Of a stretch of 50,617 nt of DNA, positions 24,123 to 37,032 are shown in pieces. Position 1 is the first letter of the stretch. Each line of letters starts with the position of its first letter. The position numbers and the translations under genes were made by a program. The stretch lies in NCBI RefSeq assembly GCF_004010195.1, contig NC_057755.1:3294692-3345308 (forward strand). Direction: 5' to 3'. The stretch is from Chiloscyllium plagiosum (lineage: Eukaryota). The notes beneath the pieces were generated by a model. The model did no database searches. It had not been told where the DNA came from and saw only the letters and a list, made by a program, of their open reading frames with translations.

Positions 24123-26088
24123 CAAGGACATCATCGAACCAAGCCAGAGGGAGTGGAGTTCGCCAATTGTCTCAGTTCCCAAACTGGATAGGACGCTACG
24201 ATTCTGTGTGGATTATCGGAAGGTCAACACCGTTACAAAATCGGACTCATATCCAATTCCTAGACTGGGGGACTGTATTGAGAAAGTTGGACAAGCTAGT
24301 TACAACACCAGGTTGAACTTAATGCGTGGTTACTAGCAAGTACTTTTATCAGAGACAGAGAAAGAAATGTCTGCGTTTGTCAGTTTAAAGTGATGCCCTT
24401 TGGAATGAAGAACGTACATGCCACATTCTAAAGACTCAGGAACAGAGTTGTGGCTGCATTAACAAACTGTGCAGTCTATTTGGACAACATAGTAATCTTT
24501 AGTAAGTCCTGGAAAGATCACACGGTACAGTTGACAGAGCTCTTTGAATGACGAGAAGGAAAACTGATATTAAACTTAAACAAAACTGAATTCGCAAAAG
24601 CAGAGACATTCTTGGGACATAATGTTGGTCCTGGAAGATTGTCCCCACGGAATGCAAAGACGAAAGCCATCGAGGAATTTCCACAACCATTGAAGAAAGA
24701 GGTGCTTCTATTCTTAGGACTCAGCGGATTCTATCGGAAGTTTGTTCCAAACCTCAGCAGTGTAATGGCACTGTTAACCGATTTGCTGAAGAACAACACA
24801 AAGTTTTGGTGGACAGAACAACACCAGGAGACATTCAACCATTTGAAAGCCATATTAACCACCAAACCAGTTTTAGCTAAACCAAACTGTTCAAAACCTT
24901 TTAAAGTCATCATCAAGGCTAGTGACATTGGAGTTGGAGCTGCACTGCTCCAGGAAGATGAGGATGGGATTGAACTGCCAGTTGGTTACTTTTCAAAGAT
25001 ACACCAGAGGAAATACTCCACGATTGGAAAAGAACTGAGTTGGCACTGGACTTACAACAACAATTTGTCAGAGAAAGTTGTGCACAATCCTTTCAAATTC
25101 TTAGAACACTTTAAAGACAAGAATATGAGACTATTTCATTGGAACCTTACGTTACAGACTTTTAATTTTAAAATTATACATGTTGCGGGTCAGAAGAATG
25201 TAATCGCAGACGTGTAGTCGCAGATTTTCACTGATAACGTTTAGATGAGATTTGTATTTATCCAATGTTTCATATATATTGGAAGAGGTTAAAGTGAACC
25301 TAGATTAATGTTATTTGTATATTATGATAATGTGTTTAAAGAATAGAAAACAAAATGAAGCCATCTTTTTATTATGATGGTTCATTTTGTCTTAAGGAGG
25401 GAGGTGTTATAAAGGTGGAAGGGGTACTCTTTTAAGAGAGTTGAAAGCTAGCAAGGACTTAGGCACACAAATTACTGGAACGTTTACAATGTAACATATG
25501 GTCCAGTAGATGGCTGTGAGACAAAAACAAATTCAAATTTGGACAATCAGTTTAAATTATGCCCCAGGATACTAAACTCCAATCAAGTTTGAATTTGGTA
25601 TTCTGACAATATTAAAACCAATGAAACAATCCAATGCTTTGGGGTATAAATATTAAACAAATTGAACAGTTGGAGGACAACTGCCAAGCCACCAACATAT
25701 GCCTGCAAAATAGCTCTCTTAAAGGTACCTTTATCTATCAATGACCTGTGAAACAGAAACGCTAGGAAGACAATGAAGAAGATACAAAGAGAAGATCTGA
25801 TAGCTGGCTGGTTTTGAAATTTGAATTTTTTGGTAAATATTAATCGGGGTTTTATCGGACCAGTATTATAGAAGGGAAAGTAAAAGATAGGTTAGAGAAA
25901 GGAGTTGTAAATAATTATTAGTTATTCTCTGTTAAACTTTTAAAAAACAAGTTGTTAAGTTTTAATTTAATTAGTGACCTTTGACACAGTTCTTGGCCTC
26001 TCAAATTGTAACAGATTACAGAATGGGTTAAATAATTTCTGTGTTGCTGGTTTAAATTAGCAGGGGGGATTTACTCTGTGTCGTAACA

Positions 26089-26385
26089 GAGGGTCAGTAC
26101 TAAGAGAGTGTCACACTGTCGGAGGGCCAGTGCTGAGGGAGCGTCGCATTGTCGGAGGGTCAGTGGTGAGGGAGGGCCGCACTGTCGGAGGGTCAGTGCT
26201 GAGGGAGGGCCGCACTGTCGGAGGGTCAGTACTGAGGGAGTGCCGCATTGTCGGAGGGTCAGTGCAGAGGGAGCACCACATTGTCGGAGCATCAGTGCTG
26301 AGGGAGCGCCGCACTGTCGGAGGGTCAGTGCTGAGGGAGCGCCGCACTGTCGGAGCGTCAGTGCTGAGGGAGTGTCACACTATCA
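26089..26385. repeat. 33-bp minisatellite, right half
   Basis: About 9 units of the same family as 18962-19464. Confidence 0.92.
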
Positions 26386-26557
26386 GAGAGAGCACTGAAC
26401 CATTGGAGAATGAGTATGAAGGAATACTGCATTCTTACAGCAGGGGCTGTACTGACAGCATGACTATAATCAATATGTGAATCAATCCCTCAGGCAGTTA
26501 GGACATGCCTGAAATGAAAGTCACCGTCGCCCCAACACGATCACGATCATCACTTAC

Positions 26558-26671
26558 TGGAAGGAAGTCAGTGACAAGCATCAAGGAGAGACTTGTCGAC
26601 ATGCCATACATGCAGATGGCGATCAATGTGGACGTGACTTGCAAGGCATTAATCACGAGTGTGGTCTTTTT
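26558..26671 (-). CDS. MS4A: MS4A-family exon, TM3 (KKTTLVINALQVTSTLIAICMYGMSTSLSLMLVTDFLP)
   Basis: Acceptor cttgcctttgcAG, 114 bp, phase 0-0, donor GTAAGT. Hydrophobic helix with the conserved Asn (LxxN). Confidence 0.82.
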
Positions 26672-27057
26672 CTGCAAAGGCAAGCCATCAGATAAAAGCA
26701 GGCAGCAGGGTCAAAGTAGCAACCAACAACTCAATTTAACTTTGACATTGGGACCTGTCCCTGACTGGAGGTCCAAACCAAGCGTGCATGGCCCAGCCTG
26801 TCCCTGTTCAAAATGCCAGTCTCTAATTGTCGCACAGGAACAAAGAACATTTTCTAATCAACCTGTTCAAATGTCGTATGACACACCTCTAGAAAAAAAG
26901 ACGGACCTGAGGTGGGACCTGAATCTTGGGTTTGTGGCTCAGAAATAAAGTAGTTCTGCTGCACCATGAAGCTCCCAGCCCCAACACCCCGTGTCAAACA
27001 CAGCTACAAAGTGAATATTGTGTCAGGTTCAAGTCCCATCTGCTTCAGAACAAGATC

Positions 27058-27265
27058 TGAAAGAACTGCGAATGCTGTATGTCAGAGACAAAAATAGAAA
27101 TTGCTGGAAAAGCTCAGCAAGTCTAGCAGCATCTGTGAAGAGAAATAAGAGTTAATATTTTGGTTCGAGTGACCTTCCTCTAAGGAAGAATGTTCCTCTA
27201 AGGAAGGTCACTTGACCCGAAACATCAACTCTGCAAACGTTTTCCAGCAATGTCTATTTTTCCAT
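27058..27265. mobile_element. Penelope-like palindromic fragment
   Basis: gaaattgctggaaa ... tttccagcaatg arms with aggaaggtcacttgacccgaaac core; related fragments at ~10470-10570 and ~33945-34000. Confidence 0.6.
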
Positions 27266-27787
27266 CTGCTTCAGAGTTGTGTCAGAGCATATCTGAATAG
27301 GTCAGCAAAAAAAAAAAGAGCTGGGTTCAGCTTCCTGCCTTTCTTCCATGGCCATGAGAGTGTCCAGATTTCCTTAGAGAAGGGAATATGTTGTATCCAC
27401 CATCACCCTCGAAGCTTTGAGAGAAAAGTGGATACTGCAAGGACTAAACTTCCTACTCTTCCCCTTTGTTATTGTTAGTGTGTGTGTGTTTTTTTGAGGG
27501 TGGGGTGGGTGAGGGTGGGGATGGGGGGTTGCAACTCTATTTTGACCAGTGGCATGGTTGACTTGATGGTGGTTTATCAAACACTATATCTTTGGTGTTA
27601 CTGCACTGCCTTTAATGGACTCTGCATGTAATTTGAACAGTTGGAAACATAGATGGTTTAATAGTGGTGATTAATTGATGTAAAATATCACAAGTAATTT
27701 AATAGTGGGAAAGGCCATTTGGTTGTGTGATAGCCCTTCCAAATGTTTTTTTAAAAAGACCTGGATTTAACTGCCTTGCCCTCTTTT

Positions 27788-28868
27788 AGAGTCATACAGC
27801 ACAGAAACAGACCCTTTGGTCAAACCGTCCATGCTGACCAGGTATCCAAAACTGATCTCATCCCAATTGCCAGCATTGACCCATAGCCCTCGAAACCTTT
27901 CCTATTCATCTACCAATCCAGATGCCTTTTAAATGTTATAATTGTACCAGCCTGGCAGCTCATTTCATACATGCACCACCCTCTGCATGAAACAGTTCCT
28001 TCTTGCGTCCCTTTTAAATCCTTCCCCTCTCACCTTAAACCTGTATCCTCTGGTTTTGGAATGTGCTATGCTGGGGAAGAGACCTTGTCTGCTTACCCTA
28101 TTCATGTCCCTCATGATTTTATAAACCTCTATGATGCCACTCCTCAGCCTCCGACACACTAAAGGAAAAGGCTCCAGCCTATTCAGCCTCTCCCTGTAGC
28201 TCAAACCCTCCAGTCCTGGCAACATCCTTGTAGATCTTTTCTAAATCCTCTCAAGTTTCACAACATCTTTCCTATAGCAGGGAGACCGGAATTGAACACA
28301 AACTAAAAGTGGCCTAACCAATGTCCTGTACACCCACAATATGACACCCCAACTCCTATAGTCAATACGCTGACCAATGAAGGCAAGTGTGCCAAACATC
28401 TTCATCACCCTGAGACTCCACCTTCAAGGAAGTATGAACCTGCACCCCCTGGATCCCTCTGTTCAGCAACACTCCCCAGGGCCTTACCATTAACTGTATA
28501 AATTTTGCCCTGCCTTGCCTTACCAGTGTAACACCCCACATATATCTGAATTAAACTCCATCCGTCACTCCTCAGCCCATTGGCTCACTGTATTCTGAGA
28601 TAACCTTCTTCGCTGTCCACTACACCACAAATTTTGGTGTCATCTGCAAGCAAACTAATCACATCTCCTATATTCACATCCAAATCATATCAAACTTATA
28701 TATAAAAGAGAAAATGTAGTGGACTGAGCAGTAAACATTGCAGCTCAAGCCTCCAGTCTGAAAAACAACCCTTCACCACCACTCTCTGTCTCCGAACATC
28801 GAGCCAATGTTGTATCCAATCAGCTGGCTTCCCCTGGATTTCACATTATCTAACTTTGTTAACCACTG
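27788..28868 (-). mobile_element. CR1 LINE 3' fragment
   Basis: MLPGLEGLSYRERLNRL...IIEVYKIMR motifs and 3' UTR. Confidence 0.88.
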
Positions 28869-28869
28869 G

Positions 28870-30230
28870 ATTCTAGAGGAATACCAGAGGTTTGAAGAAC
28901 TGTCAATGTGAAACCCCTACTCAAAAAGGGAGAGAGGCAAAAAGCAAGTAACTATAGACAGATTAACATTTAATGTTATAGAATGTATTAGAATCAATTA
29001 AGGAAAATCATAATCTAATGAAGCTGAAATTGTGTTTAATTTAATTAAGTCATCTCAATCTGAGTGGAACCAGTAACGTGTTATATTTTGAATTCCAGAA
29101 GGTGTTTGAAAGGTACCTGACAAAAGGTTAGGTCATAAAAGACCACAGTGTGGAGGCAGTACATTGGTGTAGACAGAGAATTGGTTTAGGGACAGGAAAA
29201 AGCGAGTGGGGATAAGGGGTTCTTTCTCGTGTTGCCAATCTTGACCAGTGGGGGTCCCATAGGGATCGTTGCTGAGAACACAACCGTTTACAATATATAT
29301 TAATGAACTGTAGGAAGGAAGTGAATGTATTGTTGCCTAATGTGCAGATGACACTAAAATAGGTGGAAAGGTAGGTTGCGAGAGGCTACAAATAGTTTAC
29401 AGAGAGATATTGTTAGGCTAAGTAAGTGGCCAAAGAGTTGGGAAATAGAGTATAATGCATGGAAATGTGAAATTGTTGATTTTGGAAGGGAAAACAAATA
29501 GACACGTATTATTTACATGTAGACAAACTGCAGAAAGCTGCAACACAAAGGGAATCGAGTGTACTTGTCAACAACACACCGAAATCCAGCAAACAGAGCA
29601 GCAGGTAATCAAGAAGACTAATGGAATGTGGCCCTTATTTCAGGGGGTTGGAGTAGAAGAGTAGAGAAGCCTTACTGCAACTGTGCAAGCTGTTAGTGAA
29701 ACCACACTTGGAGTACTGATAGCAATTTTGGCCCCTTTATTTAAGGAAAGATATTATTTCATTGTAGGCAGTTCACAGAAGGCTCACAAGGATAATCCTC
29801 AGTATGCAGGGATTGTCTTATTGGCAAAGATTAAACAGGTTAGGACTCTACTCACTGGTATTTCAAAGATGAGAGATGATCTCATTGAAATAGATAGGAT
29901 TCTTAAGGAGCTTGACAGGGTAAATGCTGAGAGGATGTTTCCCCTCATGGGAGAGTTTAGGACCAGAGGGCATTGTCTCAGATTAAAGGGGTGCCAATTC
30001 AAGACGGAGCTGAGGAGGAATTTCTTCTCTCAGAGGATTGAGTATGTTTGGAACTCCTTGCCAAAGACAGCTGCCGGGGTTGGTTCCTTGCGATTATTTA
30101 AGTCCGAGATAAATTAATTCTTGATCGGTAGGCGTTCAGGGAAAAGGCAGGAAAGAGGGTGTGAGGAAGGTCAGATTGGTCATGATTCTGTTGAATCGGC
30201 CTATTATTGCCTTTTGTTTCTACTATTATT
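28870..30230 (+). mobile_element. Degenerate CR1 LINE ORF2 3' portion
   Basis: GVPxGS, ADDTKIGG, MRDDLIE and RRNFFSQR remnants. Confidence 0.8.
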
Positions 30231-30279
30231 TCCACTATTTCCTGTTCCTATTTCTTATGTCTTAAGGACATCCAAATCT

Positions 30280-31055
30280 CTATCAGGCAGTTTTCTGCAA
30301 CCTTTCCTAATTTGAATAATATTCAGCTCCTCTGTGCGTTTATGCATTTTGGCAGGAATAATAATTTCCCTCATTACTTTCCATCTGCCGAGTTTCTGCT
30401 CTCTCGGTTAGCTTGTCCGTATCCCTCTGTAGACTATCTTCACAAGTTTCCTTCCCACCTATTTTTATGTCACCTGTAAACTTGGCTTTAGTACATTCAC
30501 TTTTGTCATCCAAGTCATTAATGTATTTTAAATAATTGCGGAACTAGCACTCATCGCTGTGGCACTCCTTGCAGGTTACCAGCCTCAAAATGTGTCCTTT
30601 ATCCCAACTATGTCTTCTATCAGTCAAGGTATTTATTTAACAATTCTGCCACTTCCTGGATCCCCGTTATTTCCCAAGTCCCATTCTCGAAAGGGTCTAT
30701 GTTCACTTTGGACTCTCTTCATTTTTACATACTTAACAAGCTCTTACTATCAATTTTTATATTAGTTGCTAGTTTACTCTCAAAGCTTTTTTTTCCTTTA
30801 TTACATTTATGGTCATCTTTTTGTCGGTTTTAAAACTTGCCAATTCCTTGAGTTGACCATTAATCTTTCCACATTATAGTTTTGTTTCTCTTTCTTCCAA
30901 TTTGACCCTATCCTTAATTTCCTTGGTTAACCATGGTTGGTTCCTAAAATTCTTCCTCCTTATTTTTGTTGAGAGCCATGAACTTTTTTTTGTAAGTCTG
31001 CCATTGTTTATCAATGTACTTTTCTGTTAAACTGCTTTCCCAGTCCACTCCAGGA
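30280..31055 (-). mobile_element. Old CR1 LINE fragments
   Basis: Degenerate similarity to CR1 ORF2 on the minus strand. Confidence 0.45.
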
Positions 31056-31321
31056 GCAAACAATAACACCTATTTCCAGGGCCGTATTCTGGCTTGAGAC
31101 CCCGCCCTAGTCTTGAGGCCACTGTCCCTCTGCAAGGAGTCTCCATTGCTTCAAGGTGCTGCCTCTTGCACAGGCCACCCTGTCAAAAACCCTTCATTAT
31201 CTTCAAATACTTGCATCAAGCCACCCACTTCATCCTCTCTCCTCCTAGAGTAGAGAGCCTGGGCCTGTACAATCATATCCAGAGAAACAGCCAAGCATAT
31301 AAAAACTCCATCAATACTTAC

Positions 31322-31378
31322 AAACTCCTCAGTGGGTGCTCCAGCACAGCGAATACATACTACTCCGGAAATGATAGA
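31322..31378 (-). CDS. MS4A: MS4A-family 57-bp exon, end of TM2 (SIISGVVCIRCAGAPTEEF)
   Basis: Acceptor ttttttgcAG, donor GTAAGT, phase 0-0. A short exon opening with IISG is characteristic of MS4A. Confidence 0.88.
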
Positions 31379-31874
31379 CTGCAAAAAATTGGGGATGGAA
31401 AGGACACGGGAGACACATGATTACTTGGCAGGTAACAAGTTGTGGAATGAGACAAAGTGACTTGGGAGCAGTTTGAGAAGCAATGATGTTGGGAAACAAA
31501 AGCTGAGCTTGCTAACTTACAGTGCCATATTGTCTAAGAAACACCAGATTGTTCAAACTGTCAGCCACTTGATCAAATATCTGCACAGGCACCATCACTC
31601 ACCAATACGCTTCTCAAACTCCTCCAGTCCATGCAACCCACCGTATCTCTATAACCGGTTGCAGTCTTGACAATCCTCCTTATCTCTAACCTTCTCCAGA
31701 TCTCACAACACTTCCTGTGTAATCGCCAACAGCTTCTACACTCCTCTCTACCTCTGTAACTTCCACCAACCCCGAGCAAAATTTCGGTAAACGCTACTCC
31801 CTCCAGCCCCTCTATCCTTCCCTATCTCTGAAGCCTTCTCCAGTCCTATGTACACCATGCAGGACTGCTCCTCT

Positions 31875-32150
31875 GACACTGCACAACTCACTATTGAACA
31901 CCTAACTGCATACCACCCTCAGTTCTAACCCTGCAACAGTGCAGGTCTGTCCCAGTAATGACCCTCTGGCAATGCAAAACTCACAGTCCTGACCCTCAGA
32001 GCAGTACTCCTCCAGTATTGCTTCTGACGGTGCAGTACTCCCACAGTACTGACCCTCTAACAGTGCAGGTCTTATTTGGCACAGACCCTCTGATAACACT
32101 GCACTCTTCTAGCACTGACCTTTTAATGCAGCATTCCCTTAGTACTAGAA
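31875..32150. repeat. Decayed copy of the 33-bp minisatellite
   Basis: cagtactgaccctc...cagtgcag periodicity. Confidence 0.65.
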
Positions 32151-32320
32151 CCAGGAATCCTGTTAGCCTGGGTTACAGAGTCGGTGTCCCAGCAGAGTTC
32201 AGCATCTGTCTCACTAAGCTACTGCTGCCAGCAGTTGGTGAAAAGTGACTAGCTTCTGCTGTTCCCCAAGCACTGCCAATGAACATCGTACCAGACCGCG
32301 AGCATGTAGAAAGAACAAAC

Positions 32321-32434
32321 CATAACTCCTGACCACCAAGGGGTGGCAATCTTGACGGCAGGCGAGTAGGGCACCGTGATAGCCAGGACAATTCCTCCCA
32401 GTACCTGGACCACGCCCAGAAGGACCTGCATCAC
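32321..32434 (-). CDS. MS4A: MS4A-family exon, TM1 to start of TM2 (VMQVLLGVVQVLGGIVLAITVPYSPAVKIATPWWSGVM)
   Basis: Acceptor ttttcttctccttgcAG, 114 bp, phase 0-0, donor GTTTGT. QxxxGxxxxxxG helix and PWWSG match the MS4A P(F/W)WGG motif. Confidence 0.88.
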
Positions 32435-33169
32435 CTGCAAGGAGAAGAAAATTGACACTGAAATCAGTGGCTGCAGGAAATCAGTCTCGAACCCACATCA
32501 TTCAAACTAGTTTGAGGACAGCCAAGGTGGTTGATGAATCAGTGAGCAAAGCACAACACGTTCCAAATAAGCAGGTGCTTGGTTGGTTGAATCTTACTGA
32601 AAGAGAGACATGTCGAGGAGCTTTTGTTGTGCACACAACAGGACAAACAGAGGAATGTATGATTACATATATGCTCACAAGCATTTCGACTGAAGGAGAA
32701 AGAGATTTGTTTATAGGCACGTCAACGTCTGACCAGTCAAGGCACCTCCATGGAGAAAGCCAGAGGGCAGCTGTTAGATGGGATCCCACAATGGGATGGC
32801 ACTTAGGAATCTTGACAGCATTAGTAGCTGCCTTAAGTTGGTTGTTAATGCATTCACGTGGGTTTGTAATGTGGCTCATTTACACTTGTGAGAGTGACAT
32901 ATATTAATATGCAGGGCCCATTTTCTGCAAACAAAAGTATAGGTCTGTTACTTGGGAACTGGCTAAGTCTACAATTCCCCTTTGTTATCATCCACTCACT
33001 AACCAATCAGCATTCCTTCTGTCCTGGACGAAAAATTGTTGTGACCGTTAGAATTTGGTATTCTTCTGTACTGAAGGAAAATCTCCAGAAATAGGATTCT
33101 TCTAAACAAGATTCAAAATAATCACTAAAACAACAAGCACTGCAAATCCAACATAAAAACAGAACATGG

Positions 33170-33940
33170 CCTTGGAGTGCAGGTTCATAGCTCCTTGAAA
33201 GTGGGGTCGCAGGTAGATAGGATAGTGAAGGCAACGTTTGGTTTGCTTTCCTTTATTGGTCAGAGTATTGAGTACAGGAGTTGGGAGGTCATGTTGCGGT
33301 TGTACAGGACATTGGTTAGGCCACTGTTGGATTATTCTGTGCAATTCTGGACTCCTTCCTATTGGAAGGATGTTGTGAAATTTGAAAGGATTCAGAAAAG
33401 ATTTACAAGGATGTTGACAGGGTTGGAGAATTCAAGCTATAGGGAGAGGCTGAACAGGCTGGGGCTGTTTTCCCTGGAGTATCGGAAGCTGAGGGGTGAC
33501 CTTATAGAGGTTTATAAAATCATGAGGGGCATGGATAGGATAAATAGACAAAGTCTTTTCCCTGGGGTGGGGGAGTCCAGAACTAGAGGATATAAAAGGT
33601 ACCTAAGGGGCAACGTTTTCACGCAGAGGGTGGTGCATGTATGAAATGATCTGCCAGAGGAAGTGGTGGAGGCTGGTACAATTACTACATTTAAAGGCAT
33701 CTGGATGGGTATATGAATAGGAAGGGTTTAGAGGGATAAATGAGCTGCCAGAGGAAGTGGTGGAGACTGGTACAATTACAGCATTTAAAAGGCACCTGGA
33801 TGGGTATATGAATAGGAAGGGTTCAGAGAGACATGGGCCAAGTGCTGGCAAATGGGACTAGATTAGGTTGGGATACCTGGTCAGCATGGACGAGTTGGAC
33901 TGAAGGGTGTTTCCATGCTGTACATCTCTATGACACTATG
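33170..33940 (+). mobile_element. CR1 LINE 3' fragment with ~96-bp internal tandem duplication
   Basis: 155-aa CR1 ORF2 C-terminal ORF; ctgccagaggaagtggtggag...aataggaagggtt occurs twice. Confidence 0.92.
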
Positions 33941-34567
33941 TTGAGGAAACTCAGCAGGTCTGGCAGCATCTGTGAAGAGAGAGAAATAGACGGTGTGTTT
34001 TGAATCTGATCTGATTATGCTTCAGAGCTGAGGCAGAAAAGTGGTGGGTTTTACATTGTAAAGAAAGGTGAGGATCAGCAAATAGGACACAAGGAACAGT
34101 TAAAGCATGAGTGAGATCAGAGATTACAGATGTCATGGAAAAGGATGCAGTAATGGTTGTAGAGAAGAGAGATGGGTCAAGAGTTGGACTTTAATGGTAG
34201 ATGTTAATGGCAGAAATGGCTGAAACCAAAACCAAGAAAATCAGACACACTGCTTGGTGGTGGTAAGGCAGGAAACAAAACACATTCAGAGTTGATGGCC
34301 TGAAGTTGTTGAACTGAACGCTGAATCCAGGTGGTGACATGGCAAAGGAGGTGCTGCTGCTGCAGCTGCATTATTTTCACTGGAACATTGCAGCAGCCTA
34401 CGACAGAACTGTGAGCATGTTTACCGAAACATTGTATAAGTGACTGGAGGGTCAAAATTGTGCTTATGGACAAAGAGGAGGTGTTCCACAAACCGTCACC
34501 CAGTCTAGAGTTTGCTCTGCCCTTTATAGAGGATGATGTGGAGGTGCCAGTGGTGGACTGAGGTGGA

Positions 34568-34747
34568 CAAAGCTAAAAATCACACAATGCCAGGTTATAG
34601 TCCAATAGGTTAGTTTGGAAGCACTAGCTTTCAGCACGCTGCTCCTTCATCGGGTAAGTGTGATTCCAAGGAACAGCAATCCGAAAGCTAGTGCTTCCAA
34701 ATAAACCTGTTGGACTACAATGTGGTGTTTTGTGATTTTTAACTTTA
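34568..34747. mobile_element. Palindromic Penelope-derived element nested in an older PLE remnant (~33945-34980)
   Basis: Long imperfect inverted repeat aaaaatcac...gaagcactagctttc / gaaagctagtgcttcc...gtgattttt. Confidence 0.7.
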
Positions 34748-35499
34748 TTGAGGAGACGGCACTGTGAAATCACTGTTTCATTTGGCAGTATTTGGAGCTT
34801 TGGGGAGCGAGGAAGGAACAGATAAAAAGGTATATGTAAAGCTTCTGTTTACAGTAAGAAGTCCATCACTTTTCCACTCTCTTCACTTCTGAAGAGCAGT
34901 CATAAGTGACCTGAAATGTTAATTCTGCTTCTCTCTCTACAGACACTGAGGGACCTTGTGAGTTGCTCCAGCATTATGTTAATTTAGAATAGTTGACACA
35001 TGCAGAGAATGTTTGCATCTGGAGGGTGTTGACAAAAGGGAAACAGAACAGAGGCAATCGCGACTTTCAGTGGAGGAGTTAGATAAATACTTGAAGGGAA
35101 AAAACAATTTGCAGAGATCATGTTGGCAAAGTATAGGAAAAGTATGGGACAATTCATAGTACAGTTTCAAAAGGATGCTACAAGAACAATATGCTGAATG
35201 ACTGCCTTCTATACTGTAAGGGAATTTGTGGGTATCAGCAAAAGCAGACCATGTGTGTCAAGAAGAGCAGTTAGGTCACAGATAGTCCTGCAAGTCTGCT
35301 GATGAGTCGAAGTGGGATTTGTACAACACTTCACCCACACTTTCTCCTTCAGACCATCTCAAAGTCAATCTGTGATCCTATCTACGAAAGGGTGCAGGAC
35401 TAAAACACTGACCTGCTTTCAGGAAGATAGCTGCAAGCTTCCAGATTTGCCTGATGTAACATTGGATTACAGATGAACATTAACATGCCAGCAGCATAG

Positions 35500-36922
35500 C
35501 CCACCCTCAGTACTGACTCTCCCACAGCGCCAGCCTAAAACAGCGCAGTACTCCCTCAGCACTGACCCTCCGACAGTGCGGCCCTCCCTCAGCGCTGACC
35601 CTCCGACAGTGCGGCCCTCCCGTCCGACAGCGCGGCGCTCCCTCAGCGCTGACCGTCCGACAGCGCGGCGCTCCCTCAGCGCTGACCGTCCGACAGCGCG
35701 GCGCTCCCTCAGCGCTGACCGTCCGACAGCGCGGCGCTCCCTCAGCGCTGACCGTCCGACAGCGCGGCGCTCCCTCAGCGCTGACCGTCCGACAGCGCGG
35801 CGCTCCCTCAGCGCTGACCGTCCGACAGCGCGGCGCTCCCTCAGCGCTGACCGTCCGACAGCGCGGCGCTCCCTCAGCGCTGACCGTCCGACAGCGCGGC
35901 GCTCCCTCAGCGCTGACCGTCCGACAGCGCGGCGCTCCCTCAGCGCTGACCGTCCGACAGCGCGGCGCTCCCTCAGCGCTGACCGTCCGACAGCGCGGCG
36001 CTCCCTCAGCGCTGACCGTCCGACAGCGCGGCGCTCCCTCAGCGCTGACCGTCCGACAGCGCGGCGCTCCCTCAGCGCTGACCGTCCGACAGCGCGGCGC
36101 TCCCTCAGCGCTGACCGTCCGACAGCGCGGCGCTCCCTCAGCGCTGACCGTCCGACAGCGCGGCGCTCCCTCAGCGCTGACCGTCCGACAGCGCGGCGCT
36201 CCCTCAGCGCTGACCGTCCGACAGCGCGGCGCTCCCTCAGCGCTGACCGTCCGACAGCGCGGCGCTCCCTCAGCGCTGACCGTCCGACAGCGCGGCGCTC
36301 CCTCAGCGCTGACCGTCCGACAGCGCGGCGCTCCCTCAGCGCTGACCGTCCGACAGCGCGGCGCTCCCTCAGCGCTGACCGTCCGACAGCGCGGCGCTCC
36401 CTCAGCGCTGACCGTCCGACAGCGCGGCGCTCCCTCAGCGCTGACCGTCCGACAGCGCGGCGCTCCCTCAGCGCTGACCGTCCGACAGCGCGGCGCTCCC
36501 TCAGCGCTGACCGTCCGACAGCGCGGCGCTCCCTCAGCGCTGACCGTCCGACAGCGCGGCGCTCCCTCAGCGCTGACCGTCCGACAGCGCGGCGCTCCCT
36601 CAGCGCTGACCGTCCGACAGCGCGGCGCTCCCTCAGCGCTGACCGTCCGACAGCGCGGCGCTCCCTCAGCGCTGACCGTCCGACAGCGCGGCGCTCCCTC
36701 AGCGCTGACCGTCCGACAGCGCGGCGCTCCCTCAGCGCTGACCGTCCGACAGCGCGGCGCTCCCTCAGCGCTGACCGTCCGACAGCGCGGCGCTCCCTCA
36801 GCGCTGACCGTCCGACAGCGCGGCGTTTCCTCAGCGCTGACCCTCCGACAGCGCGGCGTTCCCTCAGCGGTGACCCCCCGACAGTGCGGCGCTCCCTCAG
36901 CGCTGACCCTCCGACAGTGTGG
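35500..36922. repeat. Highly homogeneous 33-bp CpG-rich minisatellite (ccctcagcgctgaccgtccgacagcgcggcgct)
   Basis: About 36 identical central units with diverged edge units; same family as 18962 and 26089 in reverse orientation. Confidence 0.97.
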
Positions 36923-37032
36923 CAATTCCTTGGTAACATAGCACCACCACCTCCTCAACCCTCAAACACTGTCTGTACCATGGCATCTGTACCATAGCCT
37001 TCATGGACAGCCCAAGTGGCGCAGGCCCTTAC

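Larger units (their letters stand above)
19465..26088 (+). mobile_element. Gmr1-like Gypsy LTR retrotransposon, two LTRs (19465-20173, 25405-26088), inactivated
   Basis: Similar TGTTAT...TAACA LTRs, PBS TGGGGGCT (tRNA-Pro-like), PPT aaggagggagg, aagg/gagg flanks. SCAN-like gag (YELVPEAYRQRFR, ILLEEFKNSLP). Integrase Zn finger (GHLG...CHTCQMVGKP) lies upstream of RT (WSSPIV, FCVDYRKVN) and RNase H (ASDIGVGAALLQ). Confidence 0.92.

Noticed and set aside
35467..36997. 470-490 aa repetitive ORFs on both strands
   Set aside because: By-product of a stop-free 33-bp minisatellite open in several frames; intronic, no coding signals.
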